This document shows, one piece after another, positions 46,308 to 57,192 of a stretch of 64,000 bases of DNA. Source of the DNA: Candidatus Berkelbacteria bacterium (lineage in GTDB: Bacteria; Patescibacteriota; UBA1384; DTJR01); assembly GCA_029865605.1 (NCBI GenBank), contig JAOUGE010000005.1, forward strand, positions 338-64,337, written 5' to 3'. Each line of letters starts with the position of its first letter. Position 1 is the stretch's first letter. The position numbers and the translations under genes are program-made. The notes below the pieces were generated by a model. It was not told the DNA's origin, ran no database searches, and saw only the letters and a program-made list of their open reading frames with translations.

Positions 46308-48147
46308 TATCAAAGATTATTTGGGCGAGCACGTCTTTTTTGATGATCATGTTGATGGCTCGGAGGTTTTTACCAGAAGCCGTGGGCGGTCCGCCGTTTG
46401 GGGCGTGCTTTTTGCCTTCGTTTTTTTTGTTGCCATCGCCGTAGCGCTGTTTCGCCTTCAGGTGCAGGAGGGCTTCGTTAATTTGAGCTTGGCCGAGGGC
46501 AACCGGCTTAAAAATGTTCCCTTGGCCGCGCCGCGGGGCGTAATTTATGATGATCAAGGCGAGCCGCTCGTAACAAATGAGCCGATTTATCAGCTGGTAG
46601 TTCAGGCCAGCCGGGTTAAGGATATTGAGAAAATAGATCCTAAGGCCTTTGAGCTTACCCAAGTAACAAAAGAAGGGGTGATTGATAAAGTCAGGGACGA
46701 CCGCCAGCGGGTGGGTTTGGTCGTGCTTCGAGATAAAATTGCAAGAGATGATGCCCTGCTTTTAAAGTCCCGCCTTGTGTCCTATAGCCAGTTTGAAGTA
46801 GTCGAGAGCTATGTCCGCCATTACACCGATCCTGCTTTAAGCCATATTTTAGGCTATATTGGCAAACTCTCTCAAGACGAGGCGACTGGCAATCCGACCG
46901 CCGTGGTCAACCGCTTTATTGGCAAGTCGGGCCTTGAAAAAAAGTATGATGAGTATTTACAGGGAATGCCGGGGACAAGAAAGGCGGAAGTTGACGCATC
47001 GGGGCGGGTGATGAGATTGCTGTCCACCACCGAGCCGCAAAAAGGCGATGATCTTTACACCTCTATTGATAGTGAACTGCAGATTTATCTGACCTCTATT
47101 TTAAAATCCAAGGCGGAAGGGCTTCAAACCAAAGCGGCGGCGGTAGTGATGGACCCACGCGACGGCTCGGTCAAGGCCCTTGCCAGTATTCCCTATTATG
47201 ATAATTCCAAAATGTCCTTTGGCTTAACGCAGGAGGAATACGATAAAATCGCCAAGGATGAAAATCTACCCCTTTTTGATCGGGCAATTGCCGGCACCTA
47301 TCCGCCCGGTTCCTCAATCAAGCCTTTTATCGCCTCAGCCGGCTTGACCGAGGGGGTAGTTAACGACTCAATTGCTTTTGACACGCCAAGCGAGATTGTC
47401 ATCGGCGATTGGCACTTTCCTGACTGGAAAGATCACGGCACAACCGACATCAAGCGGGCTATCGCTGAATCAAATAATATCTTTTTCTTTGCTGTCGGTG
47501 GGGGCTGGGGGCCGATTAAACAAGGGTTGGGAGTGGAGCGGATAAAAACCGGCCTTGAAAAGTTTTCGTATGGGTCGAAAACCGGCATTGATTTGCCCGG
47601 CGAGGCGGAGGGATTTATCCCGACGCCGGAGTGGAAAAAGAAAAAGAAGAAAGAAAGCTGGTATATCGGCGATACCTATAATCTTTCAATTGGCCAAGGC
47701 GATCTTTCGGTCACGCCGCTTCAGCTTGCCAACGCTACTGCCACCATTGCTAACGGAGGCAAGCTGTTTAAGCCCCATTTTGCTAAAAAAATTATTGAGG
47801 ATAATAAAGAAGTTAAGGAGTTTACTGATACGGATTATCTTGTGGCAAAAGATGTTTTTCCGGCCGGTCATCTTAAGACGGTCAGAGAGGGGATGAGGAT
47901 GACTATCACCCAAGGATCGGCCTATAGTGTTTTTGGTGATGGGTTTCCGATCAAAATTGCCGGAAAAACCGGAACCGCTCAGTTCGGTAATAAAGAAAAG
48001 ACCCACGCTTGGTTCACCTCGTTCGCGCCCTATGACGACCCGCAAATTGTGGTTACGATTTTGATTGAGGGGGGCGGCGAGGGCTACCAAACTGCCGCCC
48101 CCCTCGCCAAACAGGTCTACCAGTGGTGGGCAGGACACAGGACGTGA
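46288..48147 (+). CDS. mrdA: penicillin-binding protein 2 (class B transpeptidase)
   Basis: N-terminal anchor, SxxK (GSSIKPF), SxN (ESNNIFF), KTGT (AGKTGTA). Confidence 0.88.
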   Translation: MAKPRFSIKDYLGEHVFFDDHVDGSEVFTRSRGRSAVWGVLFAFVFFVAIAVALFRLQVQEGFVNLSLAEGNRLKNVPLAAPRGVIYDDQGEPLVTNEPIYQLVVQASRVKDIEKIDPKAFELTQVTKEGVIDKVRDDRQRVGLVVLRDKIARDDALLLKSRLVSYSQFEVVESYVRHYTDPALSHILGYIGKLSQDEATGNPTAVVNRFIGKSGLEKKYDEYLQGMPGTRKAEVDASGRVMRLLSTTEPQKGDDLYTSIDSELQIYLTSILKSKAEGLQTKAAAVVMDPRDGSVKALASIPYYDNSKMSFGLTQEEYDKIAKDENLPLFDRAIAGTYPPGSSIKPFIASAGLTEGVVNDSIAFDTPSEIVIGDWHFPDWKDHGTTDIKRAIAESNNIFFFAVGGGWGPIKQGLGVERIKTGLEKFSYGSKTGIDLPGEAEGFIPTPEWKKKKKKESWYIGDTYNLSIGQGDLSVTPLQLANATATIANGGKLFKPHFAKKIIEDNKEVKEFTDTDYLVAKDVFPAGHLKTVREGMRMTITQGSAYSVFGDGFPIKIAGKTGTAQFGNKEKTHAWFTSFAPYDDPQIVVTILIEGGGEGYQTAAPLAKQVYQWWAGHRT

Positions 48148-48475
48148 GCGGGTCCTGTCGGGCACCGTTTTCTCTCGGCCCGCGTCGGAATTCCCAGCGA
48201 GAATTCCGCGCTTAGCCTCGCCCTCACTCTTCCGCCTTCGGCGTAAACCATGCCCGTTCGGCACGCCTGCCGGAGGCAGGGCTCCGGATGACCTCGATAA
48301 AAGGTGCCCGCCACCCGCTGTTCGACAGGAAGGTTACAGTGAAATCTGGGAAATAAAAAATTGAATTTTCCGATAAATTTCTCTTATTTCGTGTTATCGC
48401 TTTTTATTTTTAGATAAAGAATATGTATAATTTGTCTAGCCGTCATCACCGGCGCTTGAAAGGAGGGAGCAGCTC

Positions 48476-49099
48476 GTGACAGATGAGATCGAGCGACAGT
48501 CTGCCGGCTTAAGAACGGCGCTGGCAGCACTTGTCTTCGTTGATCCGTCAGAGCTTGCGCCTGGGGGGCTGCACCCCGGGCTTGAGTTCCTCACCTGGAC
48601 CTCCGGCACGCCGGGCGAGGTTCTCCGGCAGATGATCAACGAAGGTGATGTTGACGACAAGACGGCCAAGCTTTTCCTCGACCTGATGATCTCGGTCTGG
48701 TCTGCCGGCTACAGCTCTTCCCCCGGGCTTGTTGTGAGAGGGGGGAATATTGTACCGGCAGAGTTGAGAGAGGGCGTTGCGAGTTACTGTGTGGATCACT
48801 TCAGCACTCTCCTCTCCCAGCTCATCGAGGACTTGCCGGAGCGTGTGGATGCGGCGACGAAGAGACGCGCTCGCACTCGTTCCCTCTCATTGCTTGCAGG
48901 TGAAGCGCCCCCCACGACTGACTGGCGGATGACAAAGGCTGGGAGTGCGAAGTGTCTCTTGATCTTGGGCCGGGTGGCTCGCCTCCGGCGCCATGCCGGG
49001 GTTTGGTTCGAGATCGAGTTAACAGGTCTGGGGGAACTTCTGGGTGTAGCCCAGCAGTCTCTCCCAGAGCGTTCCGTGGCCAGCCCGCCTGACGAATGA
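48476..49099 (+). CDS. hypothetical protein in a GC-rich island
   Basis: 207 aa at about 60%+ GC, preceded by about 300 nt of GC-rich non-coding sequence. No motif. Confidence 0.3.
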   Translation: MTDEIERQSAGLRTALAALVFVDPSELAPGGLHPGLEFLTWTSGTPGEVLRQMINEGDVDDKTAKLFLDLMISVWSAGYSSSPGLVVRGGNIVPAELREGVASYCVDHFSTLLSQLIEDLPERVDAATKRRARTRSLSLLAGEAPPTTDWRMTKAGSAKCLLILGRVARLRRHAGVWFEIELTGLGELLGVAQQSLPERSVASPPDE

Positions 49100-49435
49100 C
49101 GGGCTGGCCACCACTTTTTAAAAGTATGGGGGCTCTTAAAAGCATCGCCAAAGTCAGCTCCTTCCCCAAGAGTCAACCTTGCGCTTCGAAAGAAGCTGGA
49201 TTGAATATCTGCTTTATTTATAAACAGGATGAATGTTCAGAGTGTCTTTCAGAAAGCAAGGTTGAACTTTTGAGCGAGCTAGGGGGTTGGTTGTTAGGAT
49301 AGGGGGAACGCTTCGCAAGTAGGTCCCCTTATCCTAACGTGGGTCGGCAGGCTTTAGCCTGCCCTAATTTATGGATTTTTTAAAAATCGGTCCCGTGCGT
49401 TTGCTCGGATTAGGGAAACGGGTTAAGCTATAAGT

Positions 49436-50338
49436 ATGAGTCCTAATATTTCGTCAAAGAAAGTAATCTCTACTTCTTTGCTGGTTGATATTCTTGATGT
49501 TTTACTAAACGGCATTGTCGCCCTTATTACGGGAAGCTCGGTTATGCTGGCTGAAGCCCTGCAGGGGGTGGCAGACTTGCTGACAGTGATTTTTTTGTAT
49601 ATCGGAGTCAAGCGATCGGCCAGAAGGCCGAATAAATATTATAATTTTGGATATGGCCGGGAGCTATATTTTTGGGTAATGTGCGCGGCTGTAGCGATGT
49701 TTTCAATAACGGCGACTCTATCTGTCTATTCGGGCATTCATAAAATCCTCAATCCCGCAGCTTTGGAGAACACTTTTTGGGCGTACCTTGTGCTTACTAT
49801 CGGCGTCGCGTCAAATGCCTATGCTCTCTCCTTGAGTGTGCGGAAAATTCGTCAGACGCCGATTAAAGCGAGCGTCTTAAAAAGTTTTATCAGTTCAAAC
49901 TTAATTGAAGTAAAGACGGCTTCGCTGACGGATATGATGGGTACGACCGCGGCGGTTTTCGGAATCATATCGCTTATAGTTTACGCGATAACAGGCGATC
50001 CTTTTTTTGATGGGCTCGGCGCTGTCATTATCGGCATAACCATCGCAACCTTTGCTATCTTTTTGATAATTGATGTGAAGGATTTAATCATTGGCAAGAG
50101 CGCTTCGCCAGATAAGATTGAATTGATTAGAAAAACCGCCCACGAAAACCCCTCCGTCGAGCGGGTTTCAAAAATTATGAGCATGCATTTTGGCTCGGAG
50201 GACATTTACGTTAATTTAAACCTTGAGCTTGATGACAAGCTTAAAACCCCGGAAATCGAAAAACTTAACGAAAAAATAGAAAGAGATATCAAGCAAGCCG
50301 TTCCCGAGGTTGACCTAGTCCACATCGAGCTTGGGTGA
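49436..50338 (+). CDS. cation diffusion facilitator family transporter
   Basis: Six transmembrane helices and a C-terminal cytoplasmic domain. 300 aa. Confidence 0.6.
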   Translation: MSPNISSKKVISTSLLVDILDVLLNGIVALITGSSVMLAEALQGVADLLTVIFLYIGVKRSARRPNKYYNFGYGRELYFWVMCAAVAMFSITATLSVYSGIHKILNPAALENTFWAYLVLTIGVASNAYALSLSVRKIRQTPIKASVLKSFISSNLIEVKTASLTDMMGTTAAVFGIISLIVYAITGDPFFDGLGAVIIGITIATFAIFLIIDVKDLIIGKSASPDKIELIRKTAHENPSVERVSKIMSMHFGSEDIYVNLNLELDDKLKTPEIEKLNEKIERDIKQAVPEVDLVHIELG

Positions 50339-50466
50339 TTTTATGCTCTTAGGAAAACGAGCTAAGCGGGCCAAACTATTGATCTTTCCTCCCCTTTTTG
50401 CTACTCTTGACATTACCCCCAAAAGACGATTAGATATCTAAAGTAAAAAATAAGGGGGGATTTATT

Positions 50467-50931
50467 ATGGCCGTAAAATCGATCAATTTAACCAAGGCAG
50501 GTAAGGAGAAACTCGAATCAGAACTTGAAGAGCTAAAGAAAATCAAACGTCCCCAAGTGATTGAAAGAATCAAACGGGCTAAGGATTTCGGCGATTTGAG
50601 TGAAAATGCCGAGTACGAAGACGCTCGCAACGAGCAGTCTTTTATTGAAGGAAGAATTCAAGAAATTGAATATATTTTGAAGTATGCCCAAATTGTTGAA
50701 AACGGCAAGAGTAGGGGTGTGGTTGCTCTCGGTTCAAAGGTTACGGTGAGCTTGGGTGGTGACAAAGTGGGATATGAGCTTGTTGGCTCAACCGAAGCCG
50801 ACCCCTCCTCGGGTAAAATTTCAAGCGAATCGCCTATTGGCTCGGCGATTTTGGGGAAGAAGGTAGGGGAAATGGTTGTCGCCAAAACCCCCAGCGGCTC
50901 CCTTAAAGTCAAAGTCCTGAAGATTCAGTAA
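50467..50931 (+). CDS. greA: transcription elongation factor GreA
   Basis: N-terminal coiled-coil with GDLSENAEYE and a C-terminal FKBP-like domain. Confidence 0.88.
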   Translation: MAVKSINLTKAGKEKLESELEELKKIKRPQVIERIKRAKDFGDLSENAEYEDARNEQSFIEGRIQEIEYILKYAQIVENGKSRGVVALGSKVTVSLGGDKVGYELVGSTEADPSSGKISSESPIGSAILGKKVGEMVVAKTPSGSLKVKVLKIQ

Positions 50932-51238
50932 TTAGTTCTCGCCGAGAGCTAGCCTCTTCTCTCGGGAACGGCTTGCCCGCTCCAGCGGCGGTCTACGCCT
51001 CTGGGGAGAATTCTCGCGTTCCACCCGCTCGAAGCACTGAAATTTTCCCCAAATATGGGGAAACCGAGCAATTTCAGCTCCGGATGTTCCTCAAGAAGGA
51101 CTATCTCTCGGCTAAGACAGCCCGGCAGAAGGTGCCAGCTACCCGCCCTTACCCTTTACCCCCTTCACTTTTAACTGAATTCCTTGTAATCGAGGAATTT
51201 TAAGGGTATATTTGAGCTGAAATCAAGGAAGGAGATAA

Positions 51239-52540
51239 ATGTTGGATTTGGAGTTTATTAGAACGAACATTAAGCAGGTAAAAGGCGCGATTGAGAAAAA
51301 GGATCTCAAGGTTGATTTGGATGAATTTTTGGCTTTGGACGACAAAAGGCGGGGGTTGATTCAGGAAATCGACAGCCTGCGCGAAAGGCAGAATGCTTTC
51401 AACAAGAAGGTAGTCGGCTTGTCCAAAGAAGAAAAAGATAAGTCGATGGCGGATATGAAAGTGCTCTCGAATGATTTGAGTAGCTTGGAAACAGAACTTT
51501 CTAAAATTGAGCAAAAGTGGAACGATCTCTATCTTCTAATTCCCAATATTCCCTCTGACGACACGCCGGTTGGGGGCGAAAACGCCAATCTTGAAATTGA
51601 AAAATGGGAAACGCCGAAAAGGTTTGGTTTTTCCCCCAAGAGCCATATTGAGCTTGGGCGCGATTTGGATCTGATTGATATCGAAAAGGGCGTACGAACT
51701 TCGGGCTTTCGGGGGTATTATTTGAAGAACGAGGCAGCCCAGCTTCATTTGGCTGTTTTGCAGTATGCTTTTAGCAAGATTATCTCCAAGGGTTTTAAAC
51801 CGATGATAACGCCGGCGATTGTCCGAGAATTTGTTTTGATTGGCAGCGGCCATTTTCCTTTCGGCAAAGATGACGTCTATGAGCTAGCTAATACCGGCAA
51901 GAATGAAAGGGGGGAGAAGATCGGCGAGTCGCTTTATCTTGCTGGCACCTCTGAGCCGGCACTTTTGGCTTATTTTGCCGACTCGGTTTTGGAGGAAAGT
52001 GAATTGCCGGTTAAAGTCTGCGCCCTCTCGCCTTGCTATCGTAATGAAGTCGGCTCTTATGGCAAGGATACCAAGGGCCTTTACCGTATCCATGAGTTTA
52101 TGAAAGTAGAGCAGGCGGTTTTGTGCAAGGATGATGTGGGTGAATCTGACCGGTGGCTTAATGAGATGAGGCATTACTCGCAGGAGATCCTCAGAGATCT
52201 AGAGCTGCCCCATCGGGTTGTTCAGATTGCAACTGAGGATATGGGCGCCGGTAAGCGGAAGATGTATGATATTGAAACCTGGATGCCTTCGCGCGAAGCC
52301 TACGGCGAGACCCACTCTGACTCCGACTTGACTGACTGGCAGCCAAGGCGCTTGAACATTAAATACAAAACCAAGGGCGGCGAGAAAAACTATGTGTACG
52401 CTCTTAACAACACGGTTATCGCCAGCCCGAGAATTTTAATTGCCATTTTGGAGAATTATCAGAACGAAGATGGCTCTGTCAGCGTGCCTAAGGTCCTAGT
52501 GCCACTTTGCGGTTTTGACAAGATTGAGGCTAAAAGATGA
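51239..52540 (+). CDS. serS: serine--tRNA ligase
   Basis: N-terminal coiled-coil arm, class II motifs (FRGYYL..., the YRIHEF region, GSG.F). Confidence 0.88.
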   Translation: MLDLEFIRTNIKQVKGAIEKKDLKVDLDEFLALDDKRRGLIQEIDSLRERQNAFNKKVVGLSKEEKDKSMADMKVLSNDLSSLETELSKIEQKWNDLYLLIPNIPSDDTPVGGENANLEIEKWETPKRFGFSPKSHIELGRDLDLIDIEKGVRTSGFRGYYLKNEAAQLHLAVLQYAFSKIISKGFKPMITPAIVREFVLIGSGHFPFGKDDVYELANTGKNERGEKIGESLYLAGTSEPALLAYFADSVLEESELPVKVCALSPCYRNEVGSYGKDTKGLYRIHEFMKVEQAVLCKDDVGESDRWLNEMRHYSQEILRDLELPHRVVQIATEDMGAGKRKMYDIETWMPSREAYGETHSDSDLTDWQPRRLNIKYKTKGGEKNYVYALNNTVIASPRILIAILENYQNEDGSVSVPKVLVPLCGFDKIEAKR

Positions 52541-52905
52541 ACCTGCAGATTAAATCCCTCTCCGGTGAGCTGACCGAAGAAGAAAAAAGGTTATTGAGGA
52601 AAAAGCTCCTCCGACTTGAAGAATATATTCCCAATAGTTCCGTTTTAACCGTTGGGTTGAAACAGCATATCACCAAGAAATCAAACCAAGCTTATGAGAT
52701 AATTATTCATCTTATTATTCCTTCAGTTAAGAGAAGTGTTTATGTCAAGGTTTTTAAAAATAGTTTTACCGAGGCGGTAGATGTGGCAAAAGATAAAGTC
52801 GAGGATATCGTCATAAAAAGAAAGAACAAAAAACTCTCATTGAGGTTTAAAGTTCCCAAATTCAGCCTCGGTTTTTTGAGGAAGAAGAATGAGGAATCTG
52901 CTTAG
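52537..52905 (+). CDS. hpf: ribosome hibernation promoting factor / RaiA family
   Basis: 122 aa with C-terminal A.D.A.DK.E....K.K. It lies immediately upstream of secA, as yvyD-secA does in Firmicutes. Confidence 0.6.
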   Translation: MNLQIKSLSGELTEEEKRLLRKKLLRLEEYIPNSSVLTVGLKQHITKKSNQAYEIIIHLIIPSVKRSVYVKVFKNSFTEAVDVAKDKVEDIVIKRKNKKLSLRFKVPKFSLGFLRKKNEESA

Positions 52906-55588
52906 AACTATCTTTGGCGGTGGTAACCAGCGCGAACTTAATCGACTTGACCCGCAGGTCAAAAAGATTAATGAACTTGAAAGTGAATTTGAGGCTTTGA
53001 CCGATGCGCAACTCAAGGCAAAAACCGGTGAATTTAGGGAACGGGTAGAAGGGGGAGAAGCGCTGGATGATCTTATACCCGAAGCTTTTGCTACTGTCCG
53101 GGAAGCGGCCAAAAGGGAAATTAAACAGCGTCATTTTGATGTTCAGCTTATCGGCGGACTTGTTCTTCATCATGGTAAGATTGCTGAAATGAAAACGGGT
53201 GAAGGAAAAACTTTGGTTGCCACCCTACCTCTTTACCTTAACGCTTTGGCGGGCAAGGGAGCTCATTTGGTAACAGTCAATGACTATCTAGCCAAGTTTC
53301 AGGGGGAGTGGATGGGCAGAATTTATGATCGCCTCGGAATGACCACCGGAATTATTCAGAACCAAGGTATAAGCTTTGTTTTTGACGAGGATTGGGGGAA
53401 GAAGAGCAAAAAGGAAACCGAAGGTGAGAATATCACCGATGTCCAATATGATAATTTACGACCGTGCATGAGGGGGGAAGCATATGAAGCAGACATTACT
53501 TATGGGACAAATAATGAGTTTGGGTTTGACTATCTTAGGGACAATATGGCTCAGCATAAAGACCAGTCGGTCCAAAGAGGGCTTTTTTATGCCATAGTCG
53601 ACGAAGTTGATTCAATCTTAATTGACGAAGCTAGAACGCCTCTTATTATTTCTGCACCAGCCGAGGAATCGGCCGATCTTTACGCTCGTTTTGCCATGAT
53701 CGTCCCGCGCCTTACCGAGAAAAAGCATTATGAGGTTGACGAAAAAGCTAGGGCGGTCTCTCTTACTGACGAAGGGATTCAATACGTGGAGAAAGAACTT
53801 GGCGTGACTAATATTTATGACCCGGATATGATTGCTCAGGTTCATCACCTTGAGGAAGCGCTAAAAGCCCAGATTCTTTTCAAAAAAGATCGGGACTATG
53901 TAGTTAGAGACGGCGAAGTAATAATCGTTGATGAGTTTACCGGCCGAATGATGCCCGGCCGGCGTTTTTCTGAGGGTTTGCATCAGGCGATTGAAGCCAA
54001 AGAGGGTGTTGAGATTAAAAGAGAATCGGAGACGCTAGCGACGATTTCTTTTCAGAATTTGTTTCGCCTTTATGATAAGTTGGCTGGTATGACCGGCACG
54101 GCAGCGACCGAGGCCGAGGAATTTCACAAGATTTATAAGCTAGATGTGGTTGAGGTTCCGACCAATAAACCGATGATTAGAGCTGATTGCCAAGACCAAA
54201 TTTATAAAACCGAAGAAAGTAAATTCCGGGCGATCGTTGAGAAAATAAAGTCATTAAACGAGAACGGCCAGCCGGTTTTGGTTGGCACTATCTCGATTGA
54301 GAAATCGGAGCGACTCTCAAAGATGCTGAAGCGCTCCGGTATTCCCCATGAGGTATTAAACGCCAAGCACCACGAAAAAGAAGCAAAGATTATTGCTCAG
54401 GCCGGCAGATTTAAGGCGGTCACCGTGGCTACTAATATGGCTGGTCGGGGAGTCGATATTATCTTGGGTGGCAACCCACCGGTTTCTGGCGAGGCCCAAA
54501 AAGTGATTGACGCCGGTGGTCTGTTTGTTTTGGGCACAGAAAGACACGAGTCAAGAAGGATTGACAATCAGTTGCGAGGCCGCTCCGGTCGCCAGGGAGA
54601 TCCGGGCGATAGTCAGTTTTATATTTCGATGGAAGATGATTTGATGAGAATTTTCGGTGGCGAGAGATTGAGAAGTCTTATGGATCGCTTAGGGCTGCCT
54701 GACGATCAGCCGATTGAACATTCTGTTGTTTCAAAATCAATTGAGAATGCTCAGCGCCGTGTTGAGGGTCATAATTTTGATATCAGAAAGCATCTCGTTG
54801 AATATGACGATGTGATGAACAGACAGAGAGAAATCTTGTATAAGCGCCGCCACTCTATTCTTCTTTTAGACCCGAATAAAGATAGCTTCTTGCACGATCA
54901 GGTATTGGTTAAGATGTCTGAAGAAGAGAGGTCGCAATACAAAGCCAGTTCAGCTAAAGTCCCCCTTCCTATAGTTTTTGATTTAGAGAGAAGGATTTAT
55001 CTCTCAGTCATAGATCAGCTTTGGGTCGAACATTTAAATACGATGGACTCGCTGAGAGACTCAATCGGGCTTCGCGGCTATGGCCAAGTTGATCCCCTCG
55101 TCGTTTACAAGCAGGAATCATACACTCTTTTTGAAGGCTTGATTAAAACAATTGACGATGAAGCAATCGGGATAATTTTAAAAATTGATTTTTCGCAGAT
55201 TCAGGCTTTGCCCGCGAGAAAGGAAGAAGCCCAGCCTCTTGAGTATCACGGGGCGGATACCGCCGCCGGAGAAGAGGTGATTGAAAAGGCCGCTGCCGAA
55301 GAAGAGACCGATGTTATTGCCCAAGAACCGAGCCTGCCTGCTCGCCTCGATTCGGCGAAGCGGGCCAAAAGCCACGGTCTGCCCGAAAAGCCCGCCCAAG
55401 AGATTGTACCAAAGGAAGAGGCTCGGACCAAAGGTGATGTGGTAACCCTTGTCCGCTCTGTTGGAGATAAAATGAATCAAACAGTTGAGTCAAGCCGGGG
55501 CGCATCGCAAGCAGTGCCGAAAGTCGGCCGCAATGAGCCCTGTCCGTGCAGGTCGGGAAAGAAATATAAAAAATGCCATGGCAGATAA
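52889..55588 (+). CDS. secA: preprotein translocase ATPase SecA
   Basis: DEAD-like motor motifs ([26 protein letters not shown]), C-terminal zinc finger [14 protein letters not shown]. 899 aa. Confidence 0.93.
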   Translation: MRNLLRTIFGGGNQRELNRLDPQVKKINELESEFEALTDAQLKAKTGEFRERVEGGEALDDLIPEAFATVREAAKREIKQRHFDVQLIGGLVLHHGKIAEMKTGEGKTLVATLPLYLNALAGKGAHLVTVNDYLAKFQGEWMGRIYDRLGMTTGIIQNQGISFVFDEDWGKKSKKETEGENITDVQYDNLRPCMRGEAYEADITYGTNNEFGFDYLRDNMAQHKDQSVQRGLFYAIVDEVDSILIDEARTPLIISAPAEESADLYARFAMIVPRLTEKKHYEVDEKARAVSLTDEGIQYVEKELGVTNIYDPDMIAQVHHLEEALKAQILFKKDRDYVVRDGEVIIVDEFTGRMMPGRRFSEGLHQAIEAKEGVEIKRESETLATISFQNLFRLYDKLAGMTGTAATEAEEFHKIYKLDVVEVPTNKPMIRADCQDQIYKTEESKFRAIVEKIKSLNENGQPVLVGTISIEKSERLSKMLKRSGIPHEVLNAKHHEKEAKIIAQAGRFKAVTVATNMAGRGVDIILGGNPPVSGEAQKVIDAGGLFVLGTERHESRRIDNQLRGRSGRQGDPGDSQFYISMEDDLMRIFGGERLRSLMDRLGLPDDQPIEHSVVSKSIENAQRRVEGHNFDIRKHLVEYDDVMNRQREILYKRRHSILLLDPNKDSFLHDQVLVKMSEEERSQYKASSAKVPLPIVFDLERRIYLSVIDQLWVEHLNTMDSLRDSIGLRGYGQVDPLVVYKQESYTLFEGLIKTIDDEAIGIILKIDFSQIQALPARKEEAQPLEYHGADTAAGEEVIEKAAAEEETDVIAQEPSLPARLDSAKRAKSHGLPEKPAQEIVPKEEARTKGDVVTLVRSVGDKMNQTVESSRGASQAVPKVGRNEPCPCRSGKKYKKCHGR

Positions 55589-56885
55589 GACCACCCTAGT
55601 CATTTTAGCGGCGGGATTCGCAGCACGACTTGAACCCCGGACTCTTAATTTTCCCAAACACCTCCTTTCTCTGGGTAAGGAAGTCCTAATGGACCTTCTG
55701 CTTGATTCTCTCAAAGGGGTTAGAAAAGAATTTGGCCGGACGGTTTTGATAACTAACGAAAAGTATTATCCTCATTTTAGAAAATGGGCTGCGACCTCCC
55801 CTTGGGATATCGAAGTTTATTCTGACGGTGTTCGCCGAAAAGAGGACAAGCTCGGTGCGGTTGGCGATTTAATTTACGTTTTGGATCGAGCCAAAATTAA
55901 GACCGACTTTTTTGCTTGCACCCCAGATTATGTTATGGAAAATTTTGATTTTAAAAACTTTATTCGGTTTGCCAAGGTATCTTCTTGTTCGGCTACGATT
56001 GCCAAAGTCGAGCCGGACAAAGGGCTCATTAAGGCTGGTTCTTGTCTTAAATTCGATAAATGTTCGAAAGTGACCCATTTTGAGGAAAAGCCGAAACAGC
56101 CGTTTTCTCAATATTACGGTATACCTTACTATTTTATTAAAAGGAAAGATTTAGAAACAATCAGAGAGCTACCCGAAAAGCTTAGAGATAATTCTGGTCA
56201 GTTGGTGAAGATTCTTGTTGAGAAATCGCAGGTAGCCTGCCGGGTTTATGAAGGATTAAGCATCCACTTAACAACGGAAAGGGATTATCAGGTTTTAGTC
56301 AGAAGATTTTCCGCGCCGCTTATCGTGCTTGATTTTGACGGGACGATTTATGATGTTGAGAAGCTTAAGCATGATTTCCGTGCGGTTTCTGCCAAATATG
56401 ATCTTGAGTTTGATTCGGTTTATCGCCGACTTTCAAAACATAAGCCATTTAGTCTTGATCTTGTTGAGAAATACCTGAAAATTCCCCAAAAAGATAAAAT
56501 AAGTCTTATAAAAAAATATAGAGGATTGATTTCGCAAGGCAAAAAATATCTTTATCCTGATGTGGTAGGGCTAATTAATAAATTTCCCGGCCGGGTGGCA
56601 ATTTTGACTTACGGTGATACCAGTTTCCAGGTTGAAAAATTAATCGGCACGGGTATTTCTCATCTTTTTGATAAGGTTTGTATTACTCAAAAAGAAAAGC
56701 ACCTGTGTTCTGATTTTCTTGCGAAGGCAAAAATTATTGTTGACGACAGTCCGGTCAACCTGTTCAACATTAAAAAGCGGCGTTGCAAGGCAAAGCTTTA
56801 TTTTCTAGCGAGAAACAAGCAAAAACTTGTTCCAAGCGGTATAAAAGTAATTCACACATTAAAGGAGATTAAAAATGTCTCTTGA
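55578..56885 (+). CDS. bifunctional-looking protein: N-terminal sugar nucleotidyltransferase-like domain, C-terminal HAD-like hydrolase domain
   Basis: [11 protein letters not shown] glycine-rich loop, then [11 protein letters not shown] (HAD motif I). Start set at ATG 55578 overlapping the secA stop. Confidence 0.5.
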   Translation: MADKTTLVILAAGFAARLEPRTLNFPKHLLSLGKEVLMDLLLDSLKGVRKEFGRTVLITNEKYYPHFRKWAATSPWDIEVYSDGVRRKEDKLGAVGDLIYVLDRAKIKTDFFACTPDYVMENFDFKNFIRFAKVSSCSATIAKVEPDKGLIKAGSCLKFDKCSKVTHFEEKPKQPFSQYYGIPYYFIKRKDLETIRELPEKLRDNSGQLVKILVEKSQVACRVYEGLSIHLTTERDYQVLVRRFSAPLIVLDFDGTIYDVEKLKHDFRAVSAKYDLEFDSVYRRLSKHKPFSLDLVEKYLKIPQKDKISLIKKYRGLISQGKKYLYPDVVGLINKFPGRVAILTYGDTSFQVEKLIGTGISHLFDKVCITQKEKHLCSDFLAKAKIIVDDSPVNLFNIKKRRCKAKLYFLARNKQKLVPSGIKVIHTLKEIKNVS

Positions 56886-57192
56886 AGAAATAAAAAAGAG
56901 GAGCAGAAGTCTGTTTGAAAGGTTTGAGAAAATAGAGCCTAGGCGCTGGACAGTGGAGGGCTCGGTGATGGAACTTGCTACCGAAGTCGGGGATTTGACA
57001 GAAGTGGTTTTACGTAAAGAATACTACAAGCAGAATATTTACGAAGATCTTGACTATCAAATCCGCGATGAGGTTGCTGACGTTTTATTTGTTTTGATGA
57101 GGATTGCTGACTATTATGGAATAAATCTGGATGAAGCTTACGAAGAAATGGAAAAACTGGTAAGTGACAGGCTGAAAAGCAGAGGGGTTTAA
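56875..57192 (+). CDS. MazG-like nucleotide pyrophosphohydrolase domain protein
   Basis: EVGDLTEVV...EVADVLFVLMRIADYYGINLDEAYEEM with the EExxE/D motifs of all-alpha NTP pyrophosphatases. Confidence 0.6.
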   Translation: MSLEEIKKRSRSLFERFEKIEPRRWTVEGSVMELATEVGDLTEVVLRKEYYKQNIYEDLDYQIRDEVADVLFVLMRIADYYGINLDEAYEEMEKLVSDRLKSRGV

